This document shows, piece after piece, positions 28,979 to 38,710 of a stretch of DNA of 64,000 nucleotides (position 1 is its first letter; each line of letters begins with the position of its first letter). Position numbers and translations under genes: made by a program. The DNA comes from an uncultured Rhodospirillales bacterium. GTDB taxonomy: Bacteria; Pseudomonadota; Alphaproteobacteria; RF32; CAG-239. The notes beneath the pieces were generated by a model, which was given only the letters and a program-made list of their open reading frames with translations, was not told the origin of the DNA and did no database searches. The stretch is from assembly GCA_902763185.1 (NCBI GenBank), contig CACWQT010000001.1, positions 74,722-138,721 on the forward strand, written 5' to 3'.

Positions 28979-31900
28979 ATGAACAGCATTAAAACCGTTA
29001 TTAAATATGAATTGATACGCTATTTTACCTCCCCTTTGGCCTATGTCTATCTTATCAGCTTTTTACTCTTAAGCGGTTCTTGCGCTATCTATTTCGGACA
29101 TTTCTTTGTTAACGATGCGGCAAACTTATGGGGATTATTTGATTATCAACCATGGATTTATTTGTTATTTATTCCAGGTATTGCCATGCGTTCTTGGGCT
29201 GAGGAATTTCGTTCCAAAAGCGTTATTTTACTTTTAACGACGCCGGTATCCCTACCCTGTTTGGTTTGGGGTAAATTTTTGGCTTCTTGGTTATTTGCCA
29301 TCATTGCTATTACTCTCACCTTTCCTTTTTGGATAACGGTTAATATATTTGGTTCACCGGATAATACGGTTATTTTCGTTAGTTATTTGGGGTGTTTTGT
29401 TTTGAGCGGCGCAATGCTTGCCATTTCTCAAACAATGTCTGCTTTGACTAAAAACGCGGTCATTTCTCTGGTCTTGTCTGTTTTTGTTAATTTATTATTC
29501 TTTTGGAGCGGATTTGAGTATGTGCTGTTTTGGGCAAGAGAATTATTTAGTGATGTGATTGTTGATACGATTGTTTCTTTTAGCTTTTTAACGCATTTCT
29601 CAACACTTAGTCGAGGATTGATAGAGCTTCGCGATATTGTATTCTTCGGTTCTTTGATAGTATTTTTTAATTTAATTACAATTGCTGTTATAAGCCTTAA
29701 AACTAAAGGATCTTCCGGACTTGTCGCCAATTCTAATGTTAAGCAAAGCGGTATTGTCTTTTTGCTATTTTTTATTTGTTTTTTCGGATTAAATATCATT
29801 GCCAATAATGTTTTGCGGCAAATTAGTTATGATTTTACCGAAGAAAAATATTTAAGCCTTACCAAAAATACTAAAGATATTTTGCGTAAACTAGACAGGC
29901 CGGTTGTTGCAAAGCTTTATTATTCACCGATTTTGGGAAAAAGAAATCCTGAGTTAATGGTGCTTTTTGACCAGATTAAGCTCATGCTCAAGCAATATCG
30001 AGCTTATAGTAACGGTAAATTCGACTATCGCATTTATACACCGCAATTTTTGGATAAGATAGAAGATCGCGCGATTGCGGATGGTTTGCAGCCTATACCA
30101 CTGATAGATATCAATCAGAATGCTCTTTTCGGTATAACCTTTTCCGATAATCTGATGAATAAATCTGTTATCCCGTTCTTTTCTTTAGAAAGGCTAGGTT
30201 TCTTAGAACAAGACTTCACAACCAATATTTATAAATTGCAACATAAAAAGAAAAAAATAGGGCTATACAGCACACTTCCAGTGATGGGAAATGTTCGCCA
30301 AGGTAATGTAATGATTAATCGTTGGGAAATAATGAATAAAATCAGCGAATTATACGACATTAAAGAAGTTAAAAAGGCAGAAGATTTTAGTGATAATTTT
30401 GATGCGTTTATGTTAATTCATCCTTATGCCTTAAGTGACGATATCATAAAAGCCCTCAAAAGACAAAGAAAGGTTCTTTTGCTCTTAGATGTTGCAGATA
30501 ATGCATCACGTATTTATTCACCAGAACACGGCGCTTTTATCTCATCGGATTTGGGTGAATTATTTGATTTTTGGGGTATTGACTTTTTGGGAGGAAATGT
30601 TGTTGCTGATTTTGACAATTCCATAACCGTTGATGAAACCATCAATTACAAAACAAACCCATCTTTTACTCAGGATTTATTACAATTTAAGACATCATTT
30701 AATGATTTTAACAGAAATCATCGGATAACTTACAAGCTCAATAATATTCTTTTTTCATCTGCTTCCGTTGTTTATCCTAAAAGGGACGGTAAAAAGAATT
30801 ACGTTTCCTTCTTTCCTCTTATCAAAACGAGTCCTAATTCTATGCTGATGTCTGCTGCTTTTGCAAAGCAAAATGTTCATCCGCGTGAAGTTTTAGCAAA
30901 TTTCAAGCCAAATAATCAGGTTTTTGTGTTGGCTGCAGAATTTTTAAGCAATAATGCTTCGCAGCCTTTTGATGTGATTGCTGTCGGCGATACAGATTTT
31001 ATTTATGATAATTTTTGGACTAAGGAAAAGAAGTTTTTAGAGGCTTCATATAATGTGCCGTTTTTTGATAGTGCCAATTTTATTTTAAATGCTCTTGATT
31101 ATTTAACCGACAATGATGATTTAATCAGCCTGCGCGGTAAGGGATTAAAAATAAGACAACTTGATAAAATTGATAAAATGCGTAAGCTTAATACATATAA
31201 ATACAAATTAAAAGAAAGTGATATTTTTGACGCTATTGATGGGATTAAACAGCAACTTGTCGAAATTACGGCAAAACGAAATTTTGAACAAAGAGATACT
31301 TTTACCGCCGATGAACTGGCCATTATCGGTAAAATTCGCCATGAATTATCTGATTTAAGACAGCAATTAAGCAATTTAAGAATAAATGCCAATAATGATA
31401 TAAACAATCTGATTGTTAAGGTTAAGTTCTTTAATATCTATTTTGTTGCATTGCTGTTTTTGATATTTATCGGGGGATTTAGTCTATATCAGAAGAAGTC
31501 GCGTTTATCCTCATTAAATCGTATTTTTGCAGTAAATAAAAAAACCTGCATATTGATGCTATATACTATACTGATTGTTGCTGTGGCTCTTTTGACCATC
31601 TATGTAGACAATAAGAGTAATATTATTCAATATGAGGATAAGCCTGTTTTTGATGATTTTGCCCAAAAAATTAATAAAATACAGAAAATTGAACTTAAAG
31701 GAAGTCAAAATACTCTTTCTTTTGTGCATACAGATAAAAATATATGGGTTTTGGAAAATGAGTCGGATTTGCCGGTTTATCAGGAGCGAATCCGCAAATT
31801 CTTATCTAATATTCACAATATGACTTTTGCTGAAAAAAAATCCGATAGAGTTGAAGATATGAAATACTTTGGCTTTGTTTCGCTTCAAGATAAGAAATCA

Positions 31901-32443
31901 CCAATGACTTCAGTTACTTTATATGATGAAAAAGGAAATGTTTTGGAAGCTTTTGACATAGGATGGCAAAATATTGATATTGGCAGAGGTTCAAAAGGTT
32001 CGTTTATTCGCCTTAACAATCAGTTCCAAGTTTGGTTGGCTGAGGTTGATTTCTTTGATTTATCGCTAAACCCTAAAGCATGGACTTATTCTTCTTTATG
32101 GAATTTACGCTATGGACGCTTCCTCGGTTATAACGGGATTACAGACAATAAACGCGTTATAAACCTTGTCAAAAAACTACTTAATCTTTATATTATCGGT
32201 GTGTCAACAGATATAAAAGCTACAAGACTTGGCGAGATAAAACTTGATATTGAAAACAATAATTTTATTAATCTTGTTTTTTATAAGGCAGACAATAATA
32301 AATTTTATATTCAATATCAATTTGTAACTAAGCCTCATGGCGAGCATTTGGAGTTTTTTGCTCAATTTGTAAAAGATAAATATTTAGAAATTTCACAAGA
32401 AGCATGGGAGAGCTTAAAAGATGACATCATCTCAAAAAAATAA
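28979..32443 (+). CDS. giant fused ABC-2 permease (GldF-like) + GldG-like auxiliary domain + DUF4340-like C-terminal domain
   Basis: Residues 1-250: six-TM ABC-2 permease; central about 450 aa GldG-like periplasmic domain followed by TM; second TM pair; C-terminal soluble domain. Confidence 0.7.
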   Translation: MNSIKTVIKYELIRYFTSPLAYVYLISFLLLSGSCAIYFGHFFVNDAANLWGLFDYQPWIYLLFIPGIAMRSWAEEFRSKSVILLLTTPVSLPCLVWGKFLASWLFAIIAITLTFPFWITVNIFGSPDNTVIFVSYLGCFVLSGAMLAISQTMSALTKNAVISLVLSVFVNLLFFWSGFEYVLFWARELFSDVIVDTIVSFSFLTHFSTLSRGLIELRDIVFFGSLIVFFNLITIAVISLKTKGSSGLVANSNVKQSGIVFLLFFICFFGLNIIANNVLRQISYDFTEEKYLSLTKNTKDILRKLDRPVVAKLYYSPILGKRNPELMVLFDQIKLMLKQYRAYSNGKFDYRIYTPQFLDKIEDRAIADGLQPIPLIDINQNALFGITFSDNLMNKSVIPFFSLERLGFLEQDFTTNIYKLQHKKKKIGLYSTLPVMGNVRQGNVMINRWEIMNKISELYDIKEVKKAEDFSDNFDAFMLIHPYALSDDIIKALKRQRKVLLLLDVADNASRIYSPEHGAFISSDLGELFDFWGIDFLGGNVVADFDNSITVDETINYKTNPSFTQDLLQFKTSFNDFNRNHRITYKLNNILFSSASVVYPKRDGKKNYVSFFPLIKTSPNSMLMSAAFAKQNVHPREVLANFKPNNQVFVLAAEFLSNNASQPFDVIAVGDTDFIYDNFWTKEKKFLEASYNVPFFDSANFILNALDYLTDNDDLISLRGKGLKIRQLDKIDKMRKLNTYKYKLKESDIFDAIDGIKQQLVEITAKRNFEQRDTFTADELAIIGKIRHELSDLRQQLSNLRINANNDINNLIVKVKFFNIYFVALLFLIFIGGFSLYQKKSRLSSLNRIFAVNKKTCILMLYTILIVAVALLTIYVDNKSNIIQYEDKPVFDDFAQKINKIQKIELKGSQNTLSFVHTDKNIWVLENESDLPVYQERIRKFLSNIHNMTFAEKKSDRVEDMKYFGFVSLQDKKSPMTSVTLYDEKGNVLEAFDIGWQNIDIGRGSKGSFIRLNNQFQVWLAEVDFFDLSLNPKAWTYSSLWNLRYGRFLGYNGITDNKRVINLVKKLLNLYIIGVSTDIKATRLGEIKLDIENNNFINLVFYKADNNKFYIQYQFVTKPHGEHLEFFAQFVKDKYLEISQEAWESLKDDIISKK

Positions 32444-33347
32444 CTATCTTAAGCAATCTGCTGTTGTTGCCAGTGTGGTTTTAGCGATTATGTTATCGCT
32501 ATTAAAGTTTTTTGCTTTTCTAAAAACAGATTCTCTTGCTGTTTTTTCTTCATTTGTTGACAGTATTACAGATTTATTTGCTTCTTTAATCACCTTTATT
32601 GCGATTTATTTTTCTAACAAACCGGCAAATTTCAGTCATCGATATGGTTATGGCAAGGTGGAAGCATTAAGCGCTCTTTTGCAGGCTGCTTTTGTCGGTG
32701 TTTCCGGACTTTTTGTTGTTATAGACGGTATTAAGCGTTTAATTTCGCCTATTGCTTTGGAGCAAACGGCATTGGGTATTTTTATTATGATTTTTAGTAT
32801 TTTTGCCACATTGTTATTGGTTTCTTATCAGACATTTGTTGCAAATAAAACTAATTCCCTTGCCATTAAGGCCGATAGAGCACATTACACGATAGATTTT
32901 TTAACCAATTCCGCGGTTGTTATTTCTTTGTTGTTCGTTCATTTCTTGGGATTTGTTTATTTTGACATTATAGCAGCTTTGTTTATTTCTGTTTATCTTT
33001 TGTATAATGCTTATCAACTTGCTCTTGAGGCTATTGCGATGATAACGGATAAAGAGCTTTCTTCTGAAATCAGAAAAAATGTAGAAGAAATTGCGCTTAA
33101 AAGCAAAGGAGTGCATGGATTGCACGATTTTAGAACCAGAAGTTTGGGTGATACCTATTATTTTGAAATGCATCTAGAAATTGATGGGAATTTATCGCTT
33201 TTTAAGGCACATAAAATTGCCGATGAAGTAGAGCACAAAATTTTAGCAATTTATCCGCACAGTCAAGTGCTTATCCATCAAGATCCTTTTGGACTAAAAG
33301 AAGAACGCTTAGATCATCAAATAGACGGTTCTTGCAAAATAGATTAG
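32421..33347 (+). CDS. cation diffusion facilitator family transporter
   Basis: 6 TM plus C-terminal cytoplasmic domain; HRYGYGKVE motif. Confidence 0.8.
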   Translation: MTSSQKNNYLKQSAVVASVVLAIMLSLLKFFAFLKTDSLAVFSSFVDSITDLFASLITFIAIYFSNKPANFSHRYGYGKVEALSALLQAAFVGVSGLFVVIDGIKRLISPIALEQTALGIFIMIFSIFATLLLVSYQTFVANKTNSLAIKADRAHYTIDFLTNSAVVISLLFVHFLGFVYFDIIAALFISVYLLYNAYQLALEAIAMITDKELSSEIRKNVEEIALKSKGVHGLHDFRTRSLGDTYYFEMHLEIDGNLSLFKAHKIADEVEHKILAIYPHSQVLIHQDPFGLKEERLDHQIDGSCKID

Positions 33348-34417
33348 GCTTTTGGCATTTTAGATTTTAATTGACCGCAAGCGGCTAAAATATCTTGTCC
33401 GCGAGCTACCCTGATTGGTGCGGCAAAACCGGCTTCTTCTAAAGTTTTAGAAAACGCCTCAACCGTTTTTCTTTCGCTTGGTTCAAAAATACAATTAGGC
33501 CATGGATTAAAGGGTATAAGATTAAATAAAGCCCGTAATTTGTATTTTTTCAAAAGCTTAATCAGTTCTTTAGCGTTTTCTTGGCTATCGTTAATGCCTT
33601 TTAGCAAGAGATATTCAAAAGTAATGTAGCGGCTATGATCGCCTTGTTGGTATTCTGCACACGCTTTCATAACATCTTCTATTTTAAATTTATCGTTTAT
33701 GGGCATAATTTTTGAGCGGATTGCATTATTTGGTGCATGAAGTGATACAGCCAACCTTACACCTGTTCTTTGTAAGGCCTCTACGATTTTTGGGGCAATT
33801 CCTGATGTAGACATTGTTATACGACGACGCGAAATAGATATTCCCTCACTATCGGTTAAGATATTTAAGGCGCGAACAACGTTATCCAAATTGTTTAGGG
33901 GTTCCCCCATACCCATAACAACAATATTTGATAAATATCTTGTTTCATCTGTTGGGCTTGGCCATTCTTTATAGGCATCGCGAGCCACCATAAATTGTCC
34001 AACGATTTCACCTGTGGTTAAGTTTCTGGTAAAATGTTGACTACCTGTATGGCAAAATTTACATCCCATGGCGCACCCAACTTGGGTTGAAATGCAAACG
34101 GCCCCCCTATCCTTTTCCGGAATGTAGACCATTTCTACCCTTTCACCATCAGCAAATTCCAACAACCACTTATGAGTTTTATCAACTGATATTTGTTCGG
34201 TTATAACTTTTGGTCGTGTAATGGTATAGTTATCTATCAGTTTTTGTCTTAAAGCTAAAGACAAATTACTCATTAAATTAAAATCTGTTATTCCTCGGTA
34301 ATATATCCATTGCCAGAGCTGTTTAGCACGAAAAGGCTTTTCTCCTAAATTCTGTAGTTCTGAAGCCAATTCTTCTTTTGTAAGCTCAGTTAATTCTTGT
34401 TTTTTTATCATTTGCAC
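33344..34417 (-). CDS. rlmN: 23S rRNA m2A2503 / tRNA methyltransferase RlmN (radical SAM)
   Basis: CAMGCKFC radical-SAM cluster motif, MGMGEPL. Confidence 0.9.
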   Translation of the reverse strand: MQMIKKQELTELTKEELASELQNLGEKPFRAKQLWQWIYYRGITDFNLMSNLSLALRQKLIDNYTITRPKVITEQISVDKTHKWLLEFADGERVEMVYIPEKDRGAVCISTQVGCAMGCKFCHTGSQHFTRNLTTGEIVGQFMVARDAYKEWPSPTDETRYLSNIVVMGMGEPLNNLDNVVRALNILTDSEGISISRRRITMSTSGIAPKIVEALQRTGVRLAVSLHAPNNAIRSKIMPINDKFKIEDVMKACAEYQQGDHSRYITFEYLLLKGINDSQENAKELIKLLKKYKLRALFNLIPFNPWPNCIFEPSERKTVEAFSKTLEEAGFAAPIRVARGQDILAACGQLKSKMPKA

Positions 34418-34908
34418 TTTTCGCTTATTGCTTTATATGCCCCAGAGAATCCGGCTAAAGAATATGTATCTTTGGTTTTTGTCCCGCGAGCAGATACGCC
34501 TTCGACTATCATTCTTTCACCGCGTTTCATTGATTCAACTAGCATTTTATCGGTAGCGGTATCCGGTGCCCAAGCATTATCTCCGTTGGTAAAAAGATTA
34601 GTAAAAGATGTTGTGCCTATTTTTACCACAACCTTTTGGCCCTTTTTATACGGATAGCCTGCAACAAAATTAACAACATTATAGCTCTTGTCTGCCGGGC
34701 GGTGCGTAACAATTGCATATATATCTCCGCGTGTCTTATAATTACCTTCATCTTTTTTAGGAGTTGATGCCATATAGCATACCGTATTTTTGCCTTCTTT
34801 ATAGAAATAGGCTGTCCAATCCTTAAATTCTCCAAGCTCCGTCGGCACGGTATTTGCCATTGCCGGTAGTGAGAAAAACAAGCTAAATGCCAATATATAT
34901 TTTTTCAT
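34408..34908 (-). CDS. ialB: invasion-associated locus B (IalB) family periplasmic protein
   Basis: Signal peptide, about 165 aa, family typical of Rhizobiales. Confidence 0.65.
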   Translation of the reverse strand: MKKYILAFSLFFSLPAMANTVPTELGEFKDWTAYFYKEGKNTVCYMASTPKKDEGNYKTRGDIYAIVTHRPADKSYNVVNFVAGYPYKKGQKVVVKIGTTSFTNLFTNGDNAWAPDTATDKMLVESMKRGERMIVEGVSARGTKTKDTYSLAGFSGAYKAISEKCK

Positions 34909-34999
34909 AAAAAAGCTCCCATAAAGTTATTTTATTATATCATAATTAAGACTCTTATAATAAAATATTAAAAAATAACTTAACCACAGGAAAAGAAAA

Positions 35000-36205
35000 A
35001 TGTTTTATCCGGAATTTATCAAATCCCAAAAACTCTTTGTAAATGAAGATCTTTTGCATCTTTTTAAAATAATAGAAAAACATGGTGGGACTTTGCGCTT
35101 TGTAGGCGGATTTGTTCGTGATACGATTGCCGGCTATAAACATGCTGATATTGACCTTGTGACAGATTTATCACCAACAGAATTTGCCGATATTTGTGAT
35201 GATGAGGGCATAAAATGCATAAAAATCGGTTTAAAGTTTTTTTCGTTAGGTGTGATTATCAATAACAGTTTTTTCAAAGTTACAACGCTCGGACTAGATG
35301 AAGACAATATTAAGGATGTCTGGAAAGCAGATGCCGCACAGCGCGATTTAACAATTAATGCTGTTTATGCTGATGATAAAGGAAATGTATTTGACTACTT
35401 TGACGGAATAAAAGACCTTGAAAAGGGTGTAATTAAATTTATCGGGAATCCACAAAAAGCTATTGAACGCAACTATATACATATTATGCGTTTTTTCAGA
35501 TTTTGTGCGATGTTTGGGCAAAAGATTGATAAAAAATCCCTTAAAGCTTGTATTGAAAACAAAAAGTTATTGCAGCAACTTTCTCAAGAAAAAATAAAAG
35601 AAGAGCTATTTAAGATTATTATGGCGCCCTACGCTGCAAGAGCCTTAGAGCTTGTGTTTAAATACGGTGTATTAGATTTCATGATAGCTCCAGCGAAAGA
35701 TTTAGATGGCTTAAGAGTGCTAGAAGAGCTTGTCATAACTTTGGATATCGAAAGAAGTATAATCCGAAGAATCTATGTCTTATTTAAGCCAAGCATTGCA
35801 CGCGCCAACCGCCTGTCCAGTATTTTTAGGCTTACAAAAGAACAAAAAGAGCATCTGTTAACCTTATGCAACGCCAAACTAGATAAAGAAAATTTTAGTG
35901 ATTTAAAAGCAATCAATCAGTCATTATATAAATACGACAGGAATATTTGTATCGATAAATTTTTAACGGCCAATTTGGACAATCAGAATATTGAGCAGCT
36001 ATCAAAAACTTTAAATACACTGCTTTTAACACCTAGACCTATCTTTCCATTAACTGCTCAAGATTTCATAAATCTCGGCGGTGAAAAAAAATTTATCAGT
36101 GTTTATATGGAGGCTCTAAAAAACGAATGGCTAGAAAGCGGATGTCTTTTATCTAAAGATGAATTGATAGAGAAATTTAAACTAATCTTTAAATACGGTG
36201 TTTAA
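35000..36205 (+). CDS. CCA tRNA nucleotidyltransferase / poly(A) polymerase family protein
   Basis: Head-domain motif GGFVRDTIAGYKHADIDLVTD, RDLTINA; C-terminus FKYGV* is encoded by a copy of the 19-bp repeat. Confidence 0.8.
   Translation: MFYPEFIKSQKLFVNEDLLHLFKIIEKHGGTLRFVGGFVRDTIAGYKHADIDLVTDLSPTEFADICDDEGIKCIKIGLKFFSLGVIINNSFFKVTTLGLDEDNIKDVWKADAAQRDLTINAVYADDKGNVFDYFDGIKDLEKGVIKFIGNPQKAIERNYIHIMRFFRFCAMFGQKIDKKSLKACIENKKLLQQLSQEKIKEELFKIIMAPYAARALELVFKYGVLDFMIAPAKDLDGLRVLEELVITLDIERSIIRRIYVLFKPSIARANRLSSIFRLTKEQKEHLLTLCNAKLDKENFSDLKAINQSLYKYDRNICIDKFLTANLDNQNIEQLSKTLNTLLLTPRPIFPLTAQDFINLGGEKKFISVYMEALKNEWLESGCLLSKDELIEKFKLIFKYGV
35657..35676. repeat. partial/degenerate copy of 19-bp repeat (TTTAAATACGGTGTATTAGA) inside CCA/PAP gene
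   Basis: First 14 nt match, 3' arm degraded; encodes VFKYGV. Confidence 0.45.
36010..36030. repeat. degenerate copy of 19-bp repeat (TTTAAATACACTGcTTTtAAc) inside CCA/PAP gene
   Basis: 13-nt left arm plus core exact; encodes LNTLLL. Confidence 0.4.
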
Positions 36206-36206
36206 A
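36188..36206. repeat. 19-bp near-palindromic repeat TTTAAATACGGTGTTTAAA (supplies stop codon of the CCA/PAP gene)
   Basis: Motif family TTTAAATACRSYGTTTAAA; internal TAA is the gene's stop. Confidence 0.7.
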
Positions 36207-36388
36207 TAAAAAGGATTAAAATCACAAAAATCAAGTTAAATCAGCACATTATTAAATACGCCAAAAATTTATCGTACAGTGCCTAAATTTTGTTTTCATA
36301 ACAACTTACCCACAAAACAAAAACTTTTGTTCTGTGGGTAAAAAAATAGGTTTTTGTGCTATTTTAGAATAAAATGGAATAATAAGAC

Positions 36389-37261
36389 TTATTTTCTATC
36401 CAATAATTCCAAAATAGAATTTAGCTCCGCAGGATTTTTGTATTCAATACTGATTTTTCCCTTTTCAGACGTTTGGGCATTAATTTTTATTTTCATTCCG
36501 ATTTTTTTGGTTAAATCTTTTTCTAATTCTTTTAAATTCGGATCTTTTTTCTTTTTTGGAGCAATGGTTTTATTTTGATTATTTTTAATGTTATTTACTA
36601 AGTCTTCTGTTTGTCGGACTGTTAAACCTTTATCCACGATTTTTTGTGCAATAATTTCAGCATTATCCAAACCAACCAGAGTTCTTGCATGACCTGCGGT
36701 TAATTTGTTTTCTTTTATCATATTTTTAACGCTTTCCGGCAAACTTAACAAACGGATTGCATTTGTGATGTAACTGCGTGATTTTCCAACCACTTTGGAT
36801 AGAGCCTCATGTGTGTGTGCAAATTCCGTAATTAAACGATCAAAGCCCTCGGCCTCTTCTATTACTGAAAGATTTTCACGCAACAAGTTTTCAACCAAAG
36901 CAACTTCTAAAACTTCTTGGTTGGTTAATTCTTTTTCTATAACCGGAACCTCTGCAATACCGGCCAATTTTGCTGCACGCCAACGACGTTCACCGGCAAT
37001 AATTTCATATTTTTCTCCGTTTTTACGAACAATTAAAGGCTGAAGCACACCTTTTTCTTTAACAGATTGCACCAAAGCATTTAGCGCCTCTTGATTAAAT
37101 TCTTTACGCGGTTGATATGGACTTGGTAATAAATTTTCTGTTTTAACAGTTGTTATTCCGGCGTTTGAAAAGCCTTCTGCATTGATGTTTTCTAGGGAAA
37201 ATTCCAGACCATCATCACCTAATAAAGCCTCTAAACCGCGACCTAAACCATGCTTTGACAT
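36389..37261 (-). CDS. parB: chromosome partitioning protein ParB
   Basis: ParB box GERRWRAAKLAG, HTH region. Confidence 0.9.
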   Translation of the reverse strand: MSKHGLGRGLEALLGDDGLEFSLENINAEGFSNAGITTVKTENLLPSPYQPRKEFNQEALNALVQSVKEKGVLQPLIVRKNGEKYEIIAGERRWRAAKLAGIAEVPVIEKELTNQEVLEVALVENLLRENLSVIEEAEGFDRLITEFAHTHEALSKVVGKSRSYITNAIRLLSLPESVKNMIKENKLTAGHARTLVGLDNAEIIAQKIVDKGLTVRQTEDLVNNIKNNQNKTIAPKKKKDPNLKELEKDLTKKIGMKIKINAQTSEKGKISIEYKNPAELNSILELLDRK

Positions 37262-37262
37262 A

Positions 37263-38033
37263 CTATATCTCCTTTTCTCTTTTTAAAACTTCTTTAGCTA
37301 AATTTAAATAAGCTTTAGCTCCCGTGCTTTTGAAATCATAAATTAAAATCGGTTGTCCATGCGACGGCGCTTCAGAAATTCTGACGCTTCTTGGAATAAC
37401 CGTGTTATAAACTTTGGCGCCAAAATATTTACGCACATCATTTTCTACCATTTGGCTTAAATTATTGCGCTTATCATACATTGTTAAAACAATACCCTGA
37501 ATGTTCAACTTGGAATTAAAATTCTTTTTTATGGTGTTGATATTTTTGATTAAATCCGTCAACCCTTCAAGCGCTAAAAATTCACTTTGTAGCGGAACGA
37601 TAACCGAATCAGATGATACAAGAGCATTAATTGTTATCAGGTTTAATGACGGCGGACAATCAATTAAAATATAATCATATTTTGAACCGATGCTATTTAA
37701 TGCCGACTTTAATACATATTCCCGTCTGTTAAAGTCTATTAGTTCAATTTCTGCCGCTGCGAGTGCCGGCGCAGAGGGTAAAATATCAAATTTTTTAATA
37801 TCTGTTTTAATGATAGCTTCTTCGGGACGGCAATTGTTTATCATAACATCATAGGTAGAAAACAGGCATTTATTTTTATTTATCCCTAAAGAAGTTGTCG
37901 CATTGCCCTGCGGATCCATATCCAAAATTAAAACTCTTTTACCAATAGCCGCCATAGCAGTAGCAATATTTATAGCTGTTGTTGTTTTACCTACACCGCC
38001 TTTGCGGTTTGCTACGGATATGATTTTAACCAT
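37263..38033 (-). CDS. parA: chromosome partitioning ATPase ParA
   Basis: Deviant Walker A NRKGGVGKTTTAIN. Confidence 0.9.
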   Translation of the reverse strand: MVKIISVANRKGGVGKTTTAINIATAMAAIGKRVLILDMDPQGNATTSLGINKNKCLFSTYDVMINNCRPEEAIIKTDIKKFDILPSAPALAAAEIELIDFNRREYVLKSALNSIGSKYDYILIDCPPSLNLITINALVSSDSVIVPLQSEFLALEGLTDLIKNINTIKKNFNSKLNIQGIVLTMYDKRNNLSQMVENDVRKYFGAKVYNTVIPRSVRISEAPSHGQPILIYDFKSTGAKAYLNLAKEVLKREKEI

Positions 38034-38649
38034 TTATATTTCTCCTAATATTTTTTATCAATAAGACCCGACCTTTTTCAGATGTTTCACTTGAAAATGA
38101 TTGGTGCTCAAACGTCCATTTTTGCTCTGCTGTTTTTATTTCTTCTTGCCACTTTTCACCTTTTAGGAATAAAAGTTTAGTTTCTTTATTACAAAACGGT
38201 TTGGCATATTGTAATAACTTTTCTAATGAAGCCATTGCTCTTGATGTTATAATATCCGCTTTCGGTAAAGTCAACTTTTCTATACGCTCGGGCAATACAA
38301 CCATATTAAGTTTTAGCTTTTTATTGACTTCGCTTAAGAATGTTGCTTTTTTACCGATGCTTTCTATCAGTGTAATTTTCAGATTAGGATAAAGCTCTCT
38401 ACTTATTATAGCTAAAACAACGGCCGGAAAGCCCGCCCCTGATCCGAAGTCATACAATGTTTTATCTTCATTCTTTATATACTGAATCAGTTGTGCTGAA
38501 TCAAGAACATGGCGCTCCCAGATATCCTCAACCGATGATTTACTAATCAGATTAAACTTTTCGTTCCATTCCAAAACCATGTTCTGAAAAGTAACTAAAT
38601 TTTCTGTTGTTTCACGTGAAACATTATATTTCTCTAGCAAATTTTCCAT
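38026..38649 (-). CDS. rsmG: 16S rRNA m7G527 methyltransferase RsmG
   Basis: SAM-MTase fold (DFGSGAGFPAVVLAI); contains a perfect parS. Confidence 0.9.
   Translation of the reverse strand: MENLLEKYNVSRETTENLVTFQNMVLEWNEKFNLISKSSVEDIWERHVLDSAQLIQYIKNEDKTLYDFGSGAGFPAVVLAIISRELYPNLKITLIESIGKKATFLSEVNKKLKLNMVVLPERIEKLTLPKADIITSRAMASLEKLLQYAKPFCNKETKLLFLKGEKWQEEIKTAEQKWTFEHQSFSSETSEKGRVLLIKNIRRNING
38073..38088. promoter_or_regulatory. degenerate parS-like half-palindrome (TGTTTCACTTGAAAAT) at rsmG 3' end
   Basis: 13/16 match. Confidence 0.3.
38608..38623. promoter_or_regulatory. parS: parS centromere site (perfect consensus TGTTTCACGTGAAACA) inside rsmG
   Basis: Exact 16-bp palindrome; encodes NVSRET of RsmG. 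Confidence 0.85.
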
Positions 38650-38710
38650 GAAAATGATAATATTTTATTCTTTTTTATTTGGAATAAAATAAACGAAGTT
38701 ATGAACAAAA

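Noticed and set aside
36306-36341. Hairpin TTACCCACA...TGTGGGTAA between the CCA/PAP gene and parB as a terminator
   Set aside because: A 9-bp stem is present but there is no convincing U-tract on either transcript (A-run on plus, mixed on minus); possibly a weak or protein-dependent terminator, so not called.
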